Assembly (NCBI GenBank): GCA_918797485.1 | Contig: CAKKNE010000002.1 | Location: 992,001-1,056,000, forward strand | DNA from: Pelagomonas calceolata | Taxonomy: Eukaryota | Direction: 5' to 3' | DNA: 64,000 nt | Shown here: piece after piece, positions 43,606 to 52,110 of the stretch | Layout of the letters: every line of letters begins with the position of its first letter | Position numbering within the stretch: the first letter of the stretch is position 1 | Notes under the pieces: generated by a model | Told to the model about the DNA's origin: nothing | The model's input: the letters and a program-made list of their open reading frames with translations, nothing else | Databases searched by the model: none | Translations under genes and position numbers: made by a program

Positions 43606-44150
43606 TGTTTGTGTTATTTTTCTTTGCGTCGCGTCGATGGCGTGCGCTCGTAGTTGCCGTACGCTTCGCCCTGCCGCGGTTCGTCCGATTCGTGGGCGGT
43701 CCCCGATTGTGAAACTTTGACTCGTGAGGTGTTTTTGCGATATGTTTTGATACCTTTGTTTACGCTCGCGGGGGGGATAGCTCGCGGAGTCCCGGTCTAC
43801 AAAACCCGAATTGATCGATTTCAGTTGTGTGGATTTGCCAGTTTTAGGCAGGTGCCACGCTGTTTCAAGGCTGAGACGGTGTTCAGGCCTAAGAAGATAG
43901 CGTTGGTGCTGTCTCGGACAAAGCTCGGTACCAGCTCTCGTCGGTCGAGGCGTCTGGAGCCTCCTCCAACCTGAGCCACCTGAGCCACCTGAGCCAGTAG
44001 CTCCGCATCTGCAGGCAGAGCAAGCTCGGAAGCTCGGCCAGCGCCAGGTGTAGCTCGGCAGGGCAAGCGCTCGACCTCGGCGGACGAAAGAGATCGGCGT
44101 CCTCTCCACGCCATCGAGCAGACGCTTGCACGCCGTCCGCGTGCGCCTGC

Positions 44151-44840
44151 ATGGTCTGCAAGGTCTGCTTCCGGGCGTGGCGGAAGTGTTGCAACAGCAG
44201 AGACGCGGATAAAGCCAAGAACAAGAAGTACCGGCCCCCGCGCCACGTTGCTCCTGAGGAGTCGTCGACGCCCCAGGTCTACACGTCCCAAAAACCCCTC
44301 TTCGAGAGTTTTAGGTCCTTTAGCGAGATCGAGGACCAGGAAATCATGGCGCGTCGGCCGAAGCTCCCGACCAAACGCGTCTGCGGTCTGGGCATCGCCG
44401 GTGCTCTAGTAGCTCTGTACGCGATGCACGTCGAGCGCGCCATGGCCGATCCGTTCTACGAGCCCATGTGCGTGACGCGGTGGGGGAGCTGCGCCGCGGT
44501 GTTCAGTTCGGTCTACGCGCATCCTTTATCAAACTGGGGCCTCGTATCAAAGGGGTCGGACCTGGACTTCTCACTGGCGTTTTTGGGGATCCTGAACTAC
44601 GGCGTGTTCGCGCTCTTCCCGGTGTGGCCGCTGCAGCGGGCCGCCGCCGCGAAAGTTTTACTCGCGATCTCCGTCGCGTCGTGCCTCTTCTCCATCTATT
44701 TGCTCTACGTGCTCAAGGTGCTCCTCGACGACTTCTGCGTCGTGTGCACGACGTTCCACGTCATCAACTTCTCGACGCTGGTCTTCGGGGCCGTGCCGGC
44801 CTACAGGGCTACTACGGCGCCAAAGCCGAAGGGGGAGTAA
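44151..44840 (+). CDS. Vitamin K epoxide reductase (VKOR) family protein; start may be the later ATG (MARRPK)
   Basis: YAMHVE, C......C..VFSS.YA, TM helices, DFCVVC active site. Confidence 0.88.
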   Translation: MVCKVCFRAWRKCCNSRDADKAKNKKYRPPRHVAPEESSTPQVYTSQKPLFESFRSFSEIEDQEIMARRPKLPTKRVCGLGIAGALVALYAMHVERAMADPFYEPMCVTRWGSCAAVFSSVYAHPLSNWGLVSKGSDLDFSLAFLGILNYGVFALFPVWPLQRAAAAKVLLAISVASCLFSIYLLYVLKVLLDDFCVVCTTFHVINFSTLVFGAVPAYRATTAPKPKGE

Positions 44841-44860
44841 TCTTTTTGTTACAATATATC

Positions 44861-45868
44861 TTACAGGAACGACAGGATGAGGCGGAACATGGGCGTCGGC
44901 GACGTCGCGTAGAGGAATTCGGTAAAGCACGCGTCCTCGAAGCGGCGCGTGCGCTTCCGGCGCTGGCCCGTCGTCGCGCGATTCTTCTCCACGAGCGCGC
45001 GGCGGAGGACGTGGGCGCCGCGGACGTCCCAGTTGCGCGCGCGCCGGAGCGCGCCGGGCGCCGGCAGGTCCTCTTCCAGATCCTCGAACAATTGCAAGTA
45101 CATGTGGAGGACGATCTTGCTGAACTGGATATCAGGTCCTGGACATGGAGGACCCCAAGGGGGCCAGGGAGCGTTGTTTTGCCGGTCCGCAAAGAAGAAA
45201 TAACTCCACGTGAGGAGTCGGCGCCCGTCGAACGCCTCCAGAAGCATGTCGACGGCCGTGGACGTATTTGTTATCGGCCAGCTGGAGCGTCTCTCATACT
45301 TTTGACAGGCCGTCCCACGGAGGGGCTCGTCGATGGCGAACGGTCTGTACTCGTCTGAAAAACTCTCTTCACTTGCGAGCCAGGTGTCGTCCTCATCAGG
45401 CGTCGCCGCGGGAGCGACCTCGCCGAGATGCACCCTTCGCGCGAACGCCTCGAAGCACGCTGTGCGCGGGCAGACTTTGATGTCAAATTCCACGGGACTA
45501 TTATAAGAGCAGCTCGAGTACAGCATACAAACTTCGTCGTCGAAGACGAACAGGGCCAGTATTGGGTCTTGATCGGTGTTCAATGCCCCGGCGAGTACCG
45601 CGACGTCGAATGGTTCTTCTCCTCCCTCGTGCCACGCCGGGATCTCGAGCGCCTCGCCCGACGGACGCATAAAGAGTCGGGCTACGAGCTCGTCGGGCAG
45701 CTCTTCTCCTCGATGCGAGAGCAGCCACTCTTCCAGCAGCAATGTCCGGTTCGTGCCGCGCTCGTAAGCTCGTATGAGCTCCGGCGTGCTGCGTGCGACC
45801 CCAGCTGGGTAGACTCGGCAGCCATCATTGCATGTGAGGCCGACGCACTCCTTGCGGCAGCGATTCAT
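44861..45868 (-). CDS. Hypothetical protein
   Basis: 335 aa ORF, ATG 112 nt from a promoter element; no family recognised. Confidence 0.6.
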   Translation of the reverse strand: MNRCRKECVGLTCNDGCRVYPAGVARSTPELIRAYERGTNRTLLLEEWLLSHRGEELPDELVARLFMRPSGEALEIPAWHEGGEEPFDVAVLAGALNTDQDPILALFVFDDEVCMLYSSCSYNSPVEFDIKVCPRTACFEAFARRVHLGEVAPAATPDEDDTWLASEESFSDEYRPFAIDEPLRGTACQKYERRSSWPITNTSTAVDMLLEAFDGRRLLTWSYFFFADRQNNAPWPPWGPPCPGPDIQFSKIVLHMYLQLFEDLEEDLPAPGALRRARNWDVRGAHVLRRALVEKNRATTGQRRKRTRRFEDACFTEFLYATSPTPMFRLILSFL

Positions 45869-45979
45869 CGCACTCCGCGTTAGCTCTCACTGCAGCGACA
45901 CCGCGCGCCGCGAAACCTTTGCTCAAAAGGCACCGCTACGCCCTCAAAACGCGACTGCACCTGCTTTGGAGAGGGATTT

Positions 45980-46002
45980 CTAGTGTGTTACAGGCCGCTA
46001 GC
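45980..46002 (+). promoter_or_regulatory. CTAG-N14-CTAG upstream element
   Basis: CTAGTGTGTTACAGGCCGCTAGC, divergent gap. Confidence 0.8.
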
Positions 46003-46053
46003 TCACGCCGCAGTCGAAAACAGTGTTAAGTACGTTGCATTGGCGCCGCAGCA

Positions 46054-46917
46054 ATGCTCCTCAAGCGCCTCTGGCCAGGCATGATGGCCGCGGCACCGCT
46101 ACAGCCGCTCACTCACACCACCTCGCTCTGCATCGTGCCACCCGACGACTCACCGGAGTGGCGCGCTGTGCAAGCGACGCGTCTCGAGATGCGCGACGCC
46201 GGCATTTATCGCTGGCCGCCGCACTGCAACCTGATCTATCCATTTGCGGCGAAACCGCGGCTGGCTGCTCGTGACGTGCGCCGCGCGTGTGCTGCGATAG
46301 AGCCGTTCCGCCTGCGGCTGACGGCTTACGGCACCTTCGGCGGCGCGAAACGCGGCGTACTATGGCTGCGGCCCGACGTCGTCGGCGGCGACACCGATGC
46401 GCTCGCCACGCTGCAGTCTACGTTGTGTGAAACTTTGGGCTACGAGACGCCGGCGGCGCGGAAGCGGTCGCTGCCGTTCGTGCCACACTTTACCTTGGCG
46501 CACTTTGACTCGCTCGCCGCCGCAGCGGCCGCGGGCGACGCGCTGACGTTTGAGCCCGTGGAGTTCGACGTCGATGCGGTGCACCTGCTGGAGCGAGAAG
46601 GGCACCAGGGCCAGTTCGAGATCGTGGAAAAGGTGCCCCTGGGCCGCGCGCCGCTCTGGCGCCTGCGGCGACTCTTCCGACGAAAGCGACGGTTCGTAGG
46701 CATGCCAACCGAGGCGCCCGATTGGGTGGCCGACGCGATGGCCGAGCGAAGCAGCAGGCGGTTCCGCGGCCGCGGGAAGCGTCGGCGCAAGCGGCGGTCG
46801 GCCGCCGAACGCGCGGCGATCAATGCGCGGACGCCCGAGGACATTGCTGCGATTCGGGCCGAGCGCGCGGCGAAGAAGAAGAGGGCGTCCGAGACTGAGT
46901 CCTCATCCGATGTGTGA
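46054..46917 (+). CDS. 2H phosphoesterase (2'-5' RNA ligase/LENG9-like)
   Basis: RWPPHCNLIYPF and FVPHFTLAH. Confidence 0.8.
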   Translation: MLLKRLWPGMMAAAPLQPLTHTTSLCIVPPDDSPEWRAVQATRLEMRDAGIYRWPPHCNLIYPFAAKPRLAARDVRRACAAIEPFRLRLTAYGTFGGAKRGVLWLRPDVVGGDTDALATLQSTLCETLGYETPAARKRSLPFVPHFTLAHFDSLAAAAAAGDALTFEPVEFDVDAVHLLEREGHQGQFEIVEKVPLGRAPLWRLRRLFRRKRRFVGMPTEAPDWVADAMAERSSRRFRGRGKRRRKRRSAAERAAINARTPEDIAAIRAERAAKKKRASETESSSDV

Positions 46918-47329
46918 TATAACTGTCTATTGTTGTGGAATCCCGTAGTAAGCCAGGGTCCCGCCCTGTGATGTGGGTGCAAGGCGCGGAGTCTCTGCGT
47001 TGCCTCAGGTCGCGGTCGCCGACGGTAGACTCCGAACGCGACGACGCGCCGAAGGCGTAGGCGAACTGTCCCGAGAGGCGGAAACGGCTGCGAAGAGACG
47101 CCCTGGACTGAATTTGCGCGGGTTGAACCGAGTGCAAAAAACCCGTGACTTTCTGCCCGTGCTCGGATTTGCGGGACGCGCAACGCGGGGCTGAGCAAGT
47201 TCGTGCCCGGCGGGTGAGCCTCAACGTCTTATTTCAGTGCCCGGCGGCTGCGCGTGCAAAAATCCCGGCCCCTGGACGGCTGCTAGCCGACAAAATAAGC
47301 AAATACCCAGGGGGCAGAATTGCTGCAAA

Positions 47330-49012
47330 ATGACCGCTCTCCGCGCCCTCCTCGTCGCCGCGACCACCGCCGCCCTGCGCGTGCCGACGCGCCGCGAGCT
47401 CCTCGTGGGCGGCACGACCTCGATAGCGGCGCCGGCCTTCGCCGACCCGCACGAGTTCGCGCCGTCCGTCGTCGAGGAGGAGTTCTCCACGGGCAAGACC
47501 GGTCTGTTGCTGCTCCCACCGGTAGCGCCCCTGCGCAACTCGTACACCTGGGTTAGAGCCGCCGAGGACGAGGCCGAGGCGGCAGGAATTCTGGCCACTA
47601 ATCCCGCCTTCAAGATGGCCGTGTCCAACTCACTCACTGAACGAGGCCTCAAGCAGGCGTCGGACGCCGCGAAGAAGCTCAAGGACTTGGGGATGGCCAA
47701 CCCGCGCATCTGGTACTGCACCGGGAGGTCTTCCACACAAACAGCCGATATTTTGTGCGACGAGCTAGGAATACCGCATGATAGAATGATGCCCGAGTAC
47801 GTCATGTTGGATGCGAGGGGCTTCGGCGCGCACGAAGGCATCAAGCTGAAAGAACTGGAGAAGCTCCACGCGCAGTACGACGCTAAAAGTAGGTACCTCA
47901 AGCCCGTCGAGGGCGAGGACGGCAGCTACGCCGAGTCCGTCGAGGACGCCTACGCGCGGATCCGGTCCGTGCTCTCGAACTGCGAAACCAGTAGATGCGG
48001 CGAGGAGATCGTCATCGTGGCTCCCGGCGCGGACCTGCTCTCCATCGCGTCGGCGATGTTGAGGGGAGACGACTTGCGGACGCATTTCAAAAACAAACCG
48101 CCGCCCGGCGCCGTCGTCCACTTCGGGGACATGGCCGCGACGGCGAAGCCCTGGACCCCGTCGAAGAGCAACGACCCGGGACCGGCCTGGGCGGCCGCCG
48201 AGCGGGACCGCCTCACGCGCGCGCACGACGACCGCGCGCTCGTCGCGCGCGCGCAAGCTCGAGGCCACCAGGACGTCGACCGTTTAGTGGATGCGCACCA
48301 GGACCACACGATACGAACGGCGCGCCTCGACGCGCAGGCCGCCGCGCGCCAAGCGACGGCGGACTCGCAAAACGAAAAGAACGCCGCGACGAAGGCCGCG
48401 GCCGAAGCGCGCAAGGAGCAGGCCCGCGCGCGGCGCGCGGCGCGCGTCGCGGCCGACCGCGAGCGGATCCTGTCGGCGCCCCAGAAGGCGGCGTCGGAGG
48501 TCTACAGAAAGCCAGAGGTTTCTCAGAAGCCAAAGCCCGCGGCCGCGCCGGCGGCGCCGAAGCCTCTGCGCCAGGCGCTCGCGACGCCGGCTCCCGCCGA
48601 GTCGCTCGAGCTGCTGCCCGAGGACGGCCTCCTCGCGGCGATCCCGCTGGCGCTCGCCATGGCCGCCGTCGGCGGGTCCTCGCTCGACTCGAAGGAGCAA
48701 GCGAAGGCGTCCTACGCCGCCAAGCCCCAGGCCAAGGAGGCGTGGCTCAAGTACAAGGTCTCCGCGCGGAAGCGCCGCGAGGCCGAGGCCGCCCAACTGA
48801 AAGCTGAGGAAGAGGCGGCCCAAAAAGCGGCGGCGGACGAGGCCGCGCTCGCGGCGCAGCGCGAGGTCCTCATCCACGCGAAGATGCCCGAGCTCGAGGA
48901 GCCGTGCGACCCGCTCGACGAGCTGTGCAAGGCGAACTACGAGAACGAGTCCGACGACGCGTGGCTGGCGCAGATCTCGGGGATCATTGCCGATTCGTCT
49001 TCGGAGGAGTAA
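47330..49012 (+). CDS. Phosphoglycerate-mutase-like protein, predicted plastid/thylakoid targeted
   Basis: Signal peptide then TRRELL; LRNSYTWVRA, LTERGLKQA, LDARGFG, ESVED...R. Confidence 0.7.
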   Translation: MTALRALLVAATTAALRVPTRRELLVGGTTSIAAPAFADPHEFAPSVVEEEFSTGKTGLLLLPPVAPLRNSYTWVRAAEDEAEAAGILATNPAFKMAVSNSLTERGLKQASDAAKKLKDLGMANPRIWYCTGRSSTQTADILCDELGIPHDRMMPEYVMLDARGFGAHEGIKLKELEKLHAQYDAKSRYLKPVEGEDGSYAESVEDAYARIRSVLSNCETSRCGEEIVIVAPGADLLSIASAMLRGDDLRTHFKNKPPPGAVVHFGDMAATAKPWTPSKSNDPGPAWAAAERDRLTRAHDDRALVARAQARGHQDVDRLVDAHQDHTIRTARLDAQAAARQATADSQNEKNAATKAAAEARKEQARARRAARVAADRERILSAPQKAASEVYRKPEVSQKPKPAAAPAAPKPLRQALATPAPAESLELLPEDGLLAAIPLALAMAAVGGSSLDSKEQAKASYAAKPQAKEAWLKYKVSARKRREAEAAQLKAEEEAAQKAAADEAALAAQREVLIHAKMPELEEPCDPLDELCKANYENESDDAWLAQISGIIADSSSEE

Positions 49013-49066
49013 GCTTACTTAGGGATACTAACCCGTCGATTTCAGGGCTCGCGTTTAGGAAATCGC

Positions 49067-49089
49067 GCTAGCGGCCTGTAAGACACTAG
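49067..49089 (-). promoter_or_regulatory. CTAG-N14-CTAG upstream element (consensus core)
   Basis: + strand GCTAGCGGCCTGTAAGACACTAG, 88 nt before ATG 49177. Confidence 0.8.
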
Positions 49090-49176
49090 GGATGCCAAGC
49101 AGATTTCAGAAGCTTAAGATCGCTGGGCTCGAGCCCGCGACCGCGAAGCAAGCGATCTAGTAGTGGAGCATCGATA

Positions 49177-50388
49177 ATGGCTGCCCCTCCCGGCACTATG
49201 ATGATCACCGTTCCGGCAAATATGCCGCCCGGTGGAACGCTGCAGGTCACAGCTCCAAATGGGCAGCCATTGATGGTGCAGGTCCCGCCCGGCCATGGCC
49301 CTGGCTCGACCTTCGCGGTCCGCGTGCCCGGCCCGCCCGCGCCGCCGGCGCAACCAGTGCTTGTCCAACCCCCGCCGCAACCGACCCCGGCACAAAACTA
49401 CGCAGCGCTCGCCGCGGCGAACGCGCCGCCGACGCAGACGGCGCCGCTGCCCACGCCCAAAGGTCCGTGCCTGCTCGTGGATCACATCGACGTCCCGGGC
49501 GACGGGTCTAGCGTGTTGAATCCCATGTCGCTGGGTGTGGATAGGGGCGGCCAGGCCTTCGCGGGCTACGTCGCGGACGACCTCGACGGCGCCGGCGCAA
49601 AGCCCGCCTACGCGGCAGTTATCTCGACGCGGGACTGGCAGAAGCACTGCCCGGCGGGACAAGACGTGCCGCAGGGCCTCGTGGTTCCCATATACCCATC
49701 GGCCGTCGATCAAAAGGGTCAGATCGAATGGACGGGCGCCGCCGTGGCAGAGCTCCACCTGGACAACTTGGTGACTCCCTGTTGCAAATGCAACGATCCT
49801 CTGTCGGCGAAGGTGACCAAGGACGGCCAGACCTACGAGATCGTGTCCGAAAGTGGAAGATGCATGAGATTGTGCGCTTGCATCCCGTGCCAGCCGTGCG
49901 TCTCCGACTCGGACATGACCCTTGGCGAAGGTGCGGCCCAGGTAAGGCTCAAGGGCGCGAAGACCAAGCCGTGCTGCGATTGTAACCGCAAGGACACGAC
50001 CGTCTTCCGACGTGTCGAGGGAGAGACCAAGGCGGGCATGCACCGGGCCGTCCTCAACACGGAGGCGGCGCTGGGCTCGTGCTTGGGCTCGAAGGGCACC
50101 CGCGAGCTCGTGCGGCACAAGCGCCACTCGGGAGAGTGGTTGCGCGGGCCACTCGGTGGCTACTACTCGGAAGAAAGCAAAAACGGCACGCCGACCGGGA
50201 GCCAGGCGTACAGCATCAGGCTCCCCGCCAAGAACGCGCTGCCACCCGAGGTGTGGTTCGCCGCGACGGTGTTCGAGGGGATCGCGTACCCCTACCACAA
50301 GATGCGCGTGCAAGGAGGAGATTGTAGACCTTCATTTGAACCGGATTATAGTGCCGGCGCGCCGTGCGGGATGGAGATGAACCGTTAG
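49177..50388 (+). CDS. Hypothetical protein, Pro-rich N-terminus and Cys-rich (scramblase-like?) domain
   Basis: 403 aa ORF; ITVP...PG....V repeats; CC clusters. Confidence 0.6.
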   Translation: MAAPPGTMMITVPANMPPGGTLQVTAPNGQPLMVQVPPGHGPGSTFAVRVPGPPAPPAQPVLVQPPPQPTPAQNYAALAAANAPPTQTAPLPTPKGPCLLVDHIDVPGDGSSVLNPMSLGVDRGGQAFAGYVADDLDGAGAKPAYAAVISTRDWQKHCPAGQDVPQGLVVPIYPSAVDQKGQIEWTGAAVAELHLDNLVTPCCKCNDPLSAKVTKDGQTYEIVSESGRCMRLCACIPCQPCVSDSDMTLGEGAAQVRLKGAKTKPCCDCNRKDTTVFRRVEGETKAGMHRAVLNTEAALGSCLGSKGTRELVRHKRHSGEWLRGPLGGYYSEESKNGTPTGSQAYSIRLPAKNALPPEVWFAATVFEGIAYPYHKMRVQGGDCRPSFEPDYSAGAPCGMEMNR

Positions 50389-50535
50389 CGTCCACGGTCC
50401 GTCGCGGCGCACTTTCCCCGCCTCAAATTTTACCCCATCCCTACCCCTGGGCCTTCTTTCCCGTTTCGCGCGCAGCATACACAACCCGCTCGTCGCGGCT
50501 CGACGACTGACTTAATCCTTCTTAACAACTAGCTA

Positions 50536-51792
50536 CTAGGCGTCAGGCGCGCTCTCGATGAACCCCGGCTCGCCCTCCTGGATGGGCCGCGTCTTGATGA
50601 AATTGTCCAGGTTGCAGACGTACTTGGGTTCCTTCGTCGCCATCGCTCCCGTCGCCGGGTGGCGCGCGACGCGATACATGTCGACGTATCGATGGTTCCG
50701 AAGGATCCGCGAGAACGGTCGCGCTCTTCTTTCAATCGCGCTGGACAGCAGCGTCGGGTCGTAGTAGACCGCCGACAGCATCACCTGGTTCCCATCAATA
50801 TCTAACGCGGCGAGAGTGACAAACACGGTCTCGACCTTTTGCGCTCCGCCCGGATAGCCCGCGTTGAACGGCGAGGCCGCGTCCTTCACGCTGTGCCGTA
50901 GCGTGATGATATTGCATTGGTTCCGCCACGTCGCATAGCGGGACCGCACAAGAGGCAGATCTACGGTCTGCCCGCTCGACGTCATGCCTTGCATCGTGAA
51001 CTCCATGTTGTAGAGGAAGCCCATGCTCGACTGGTTCGAGTTGCGCAGCACCATGAAGCGCACTTGCAGGCTGTCGTCGTTGACCACGCTGTCCGGACTG
51101 AAGATGCCCGAGCGCGCCGGCCGGAGCGCGCGCGCGACGATCAGCGCCGAGGCGACACTCAAAAGTAGCCAGTGAATCCAGCCGTAGATCGCCAGCACGG
51201 TGATCTCGAGCGGCGTTGAAGCTTTCGTCGGCTGCCAGCCAAAAATCTTATCCGTGCTCAGCCGGACCGTCGTCAGCGCGAGGATGACGTTGTCCCGGAA
51301 GCGGACGTTTTGCTCTTCGATGACCTGCGCCAGCGTGAGCAGCGACCCGCAGAGTAAGATCACGAGCATTTCCGACAGGAGCTCGCCCACGATTAATTTT
51401 GACCAACTCAACTCGTGGACGAGACGAAACCATACGTCTTCTAGCGTCCCGAAGGAGAACACCGAAGCTTCGCCCTCTATGGCCACCGTGTACGGCGCCA
51501 GGATGTCCGCGTTGTGAAAAACGCTCGCGTCGAGCGTCTCGCGGCTCCGCAGGTCCGGCCCGTCCGCGCCGCCGGGAGCCGCCACCTTTGGAGCAGTCTC
51601 CTCGGTGGCGGGCGCGGGCGACACGCGCTGCTTGGCGGCATCACGGTCCGCTTTCGCGAACGCCGCGGCGAAATCGGGATGGCGGAACTCGCCGGGCGGC
51701 ACCGGCAGGCGGAGAGCACTTCGCACCGCATGCCTGCGGTTCCACGCGCCGTAGCCATTGAATCCCCAGGGAGCCTTGTGTTTTTTCGGCAT
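50536..51792 (-). CDS. Inward-rectifier potassium channel-like protein with non-canonical pore
   Basis: DVWFRLV..SW slide helix, two TMs, ARALRP...IFS...VV...LQVRF cytoplasmic domain; ATG at 51792. Confidence 0.65.
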   Translation of the reverse strand: MPKKHKAPWGFNGYGAWNRRHAVRSALRLPVPPGEFRHPDFAAAFAKADRDAAKQRVSPAPATEETAPKVAAPGGADGPDLRSRETLDASVFHNADILAPYTVAIEGEASVFSFGTLEDVWFRLVHELSWSKLIVGELLSEMLVILLCGSLLTLAQVIEEQNVRFRDNVILALTTVRLSTDKIFGWQPTKASTPLEITVLAIYGWIHWLLLSVASALIVARALRPARSGIFSPDSVVNDDSLQVRFMVLRNSNQSSMGFLYNMEFTMQGMTSSGQTVDLPLVRSRYATWRNQCNIITLRHSVKDAASPFNAGYPGGAQKVETVFVTLAALDIDGNQVMLSAVYYDPTLLSSAIERRARPFSRILRNHRYVDMYRVARHPATGAMATKEPKYVCNLDNFIKTRPIQEGEPGFIESAPDA

Positions 51793-51912
51793 TTTTGTCC
51801 AACAACCGCTAGCCAGCTGCCCGCACAGCTCAATTTGGTAGCTGAGAGACGTCCAATGGCGGGCACTTGACCAATGCGGGCAGCCCGGGCAGCCACAGCG
51901 CCTGGATTTTTT

Positions 51913-51935
51913 GCTAGTATGTGTGGACACGCTAG
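51913..51935 (+). promoter_or_regulatory. Variant upstream element
   Basis: GCTAGTATGTGTGGACACGCTAG, same 14-nt spacing, divergent gap. Confidence 0.55.
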
Positions 51936-52110
51936 TTCCCGGGATTAGGCCGATCGAGAGACCGGTCGCGCTGCTCACGCGCGAGCTTGAGGCGGCAGTT
52001 GAAGGTCGCGAGTGCAGCGCCCACAGCCCAGGAGACAGCACGCGCTGTCGCTAGCCGAGCGAGCACCAATCAAGAGAGCTTAGGTCAAAAAGCTTCTCCC
52101 ACCGGCTGCG

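Noticed and set aside
43970..43996. CCTGAGCCA x3 tandem repeat
   Set aside because: Isolated short repeat with no further structure or copies seen.
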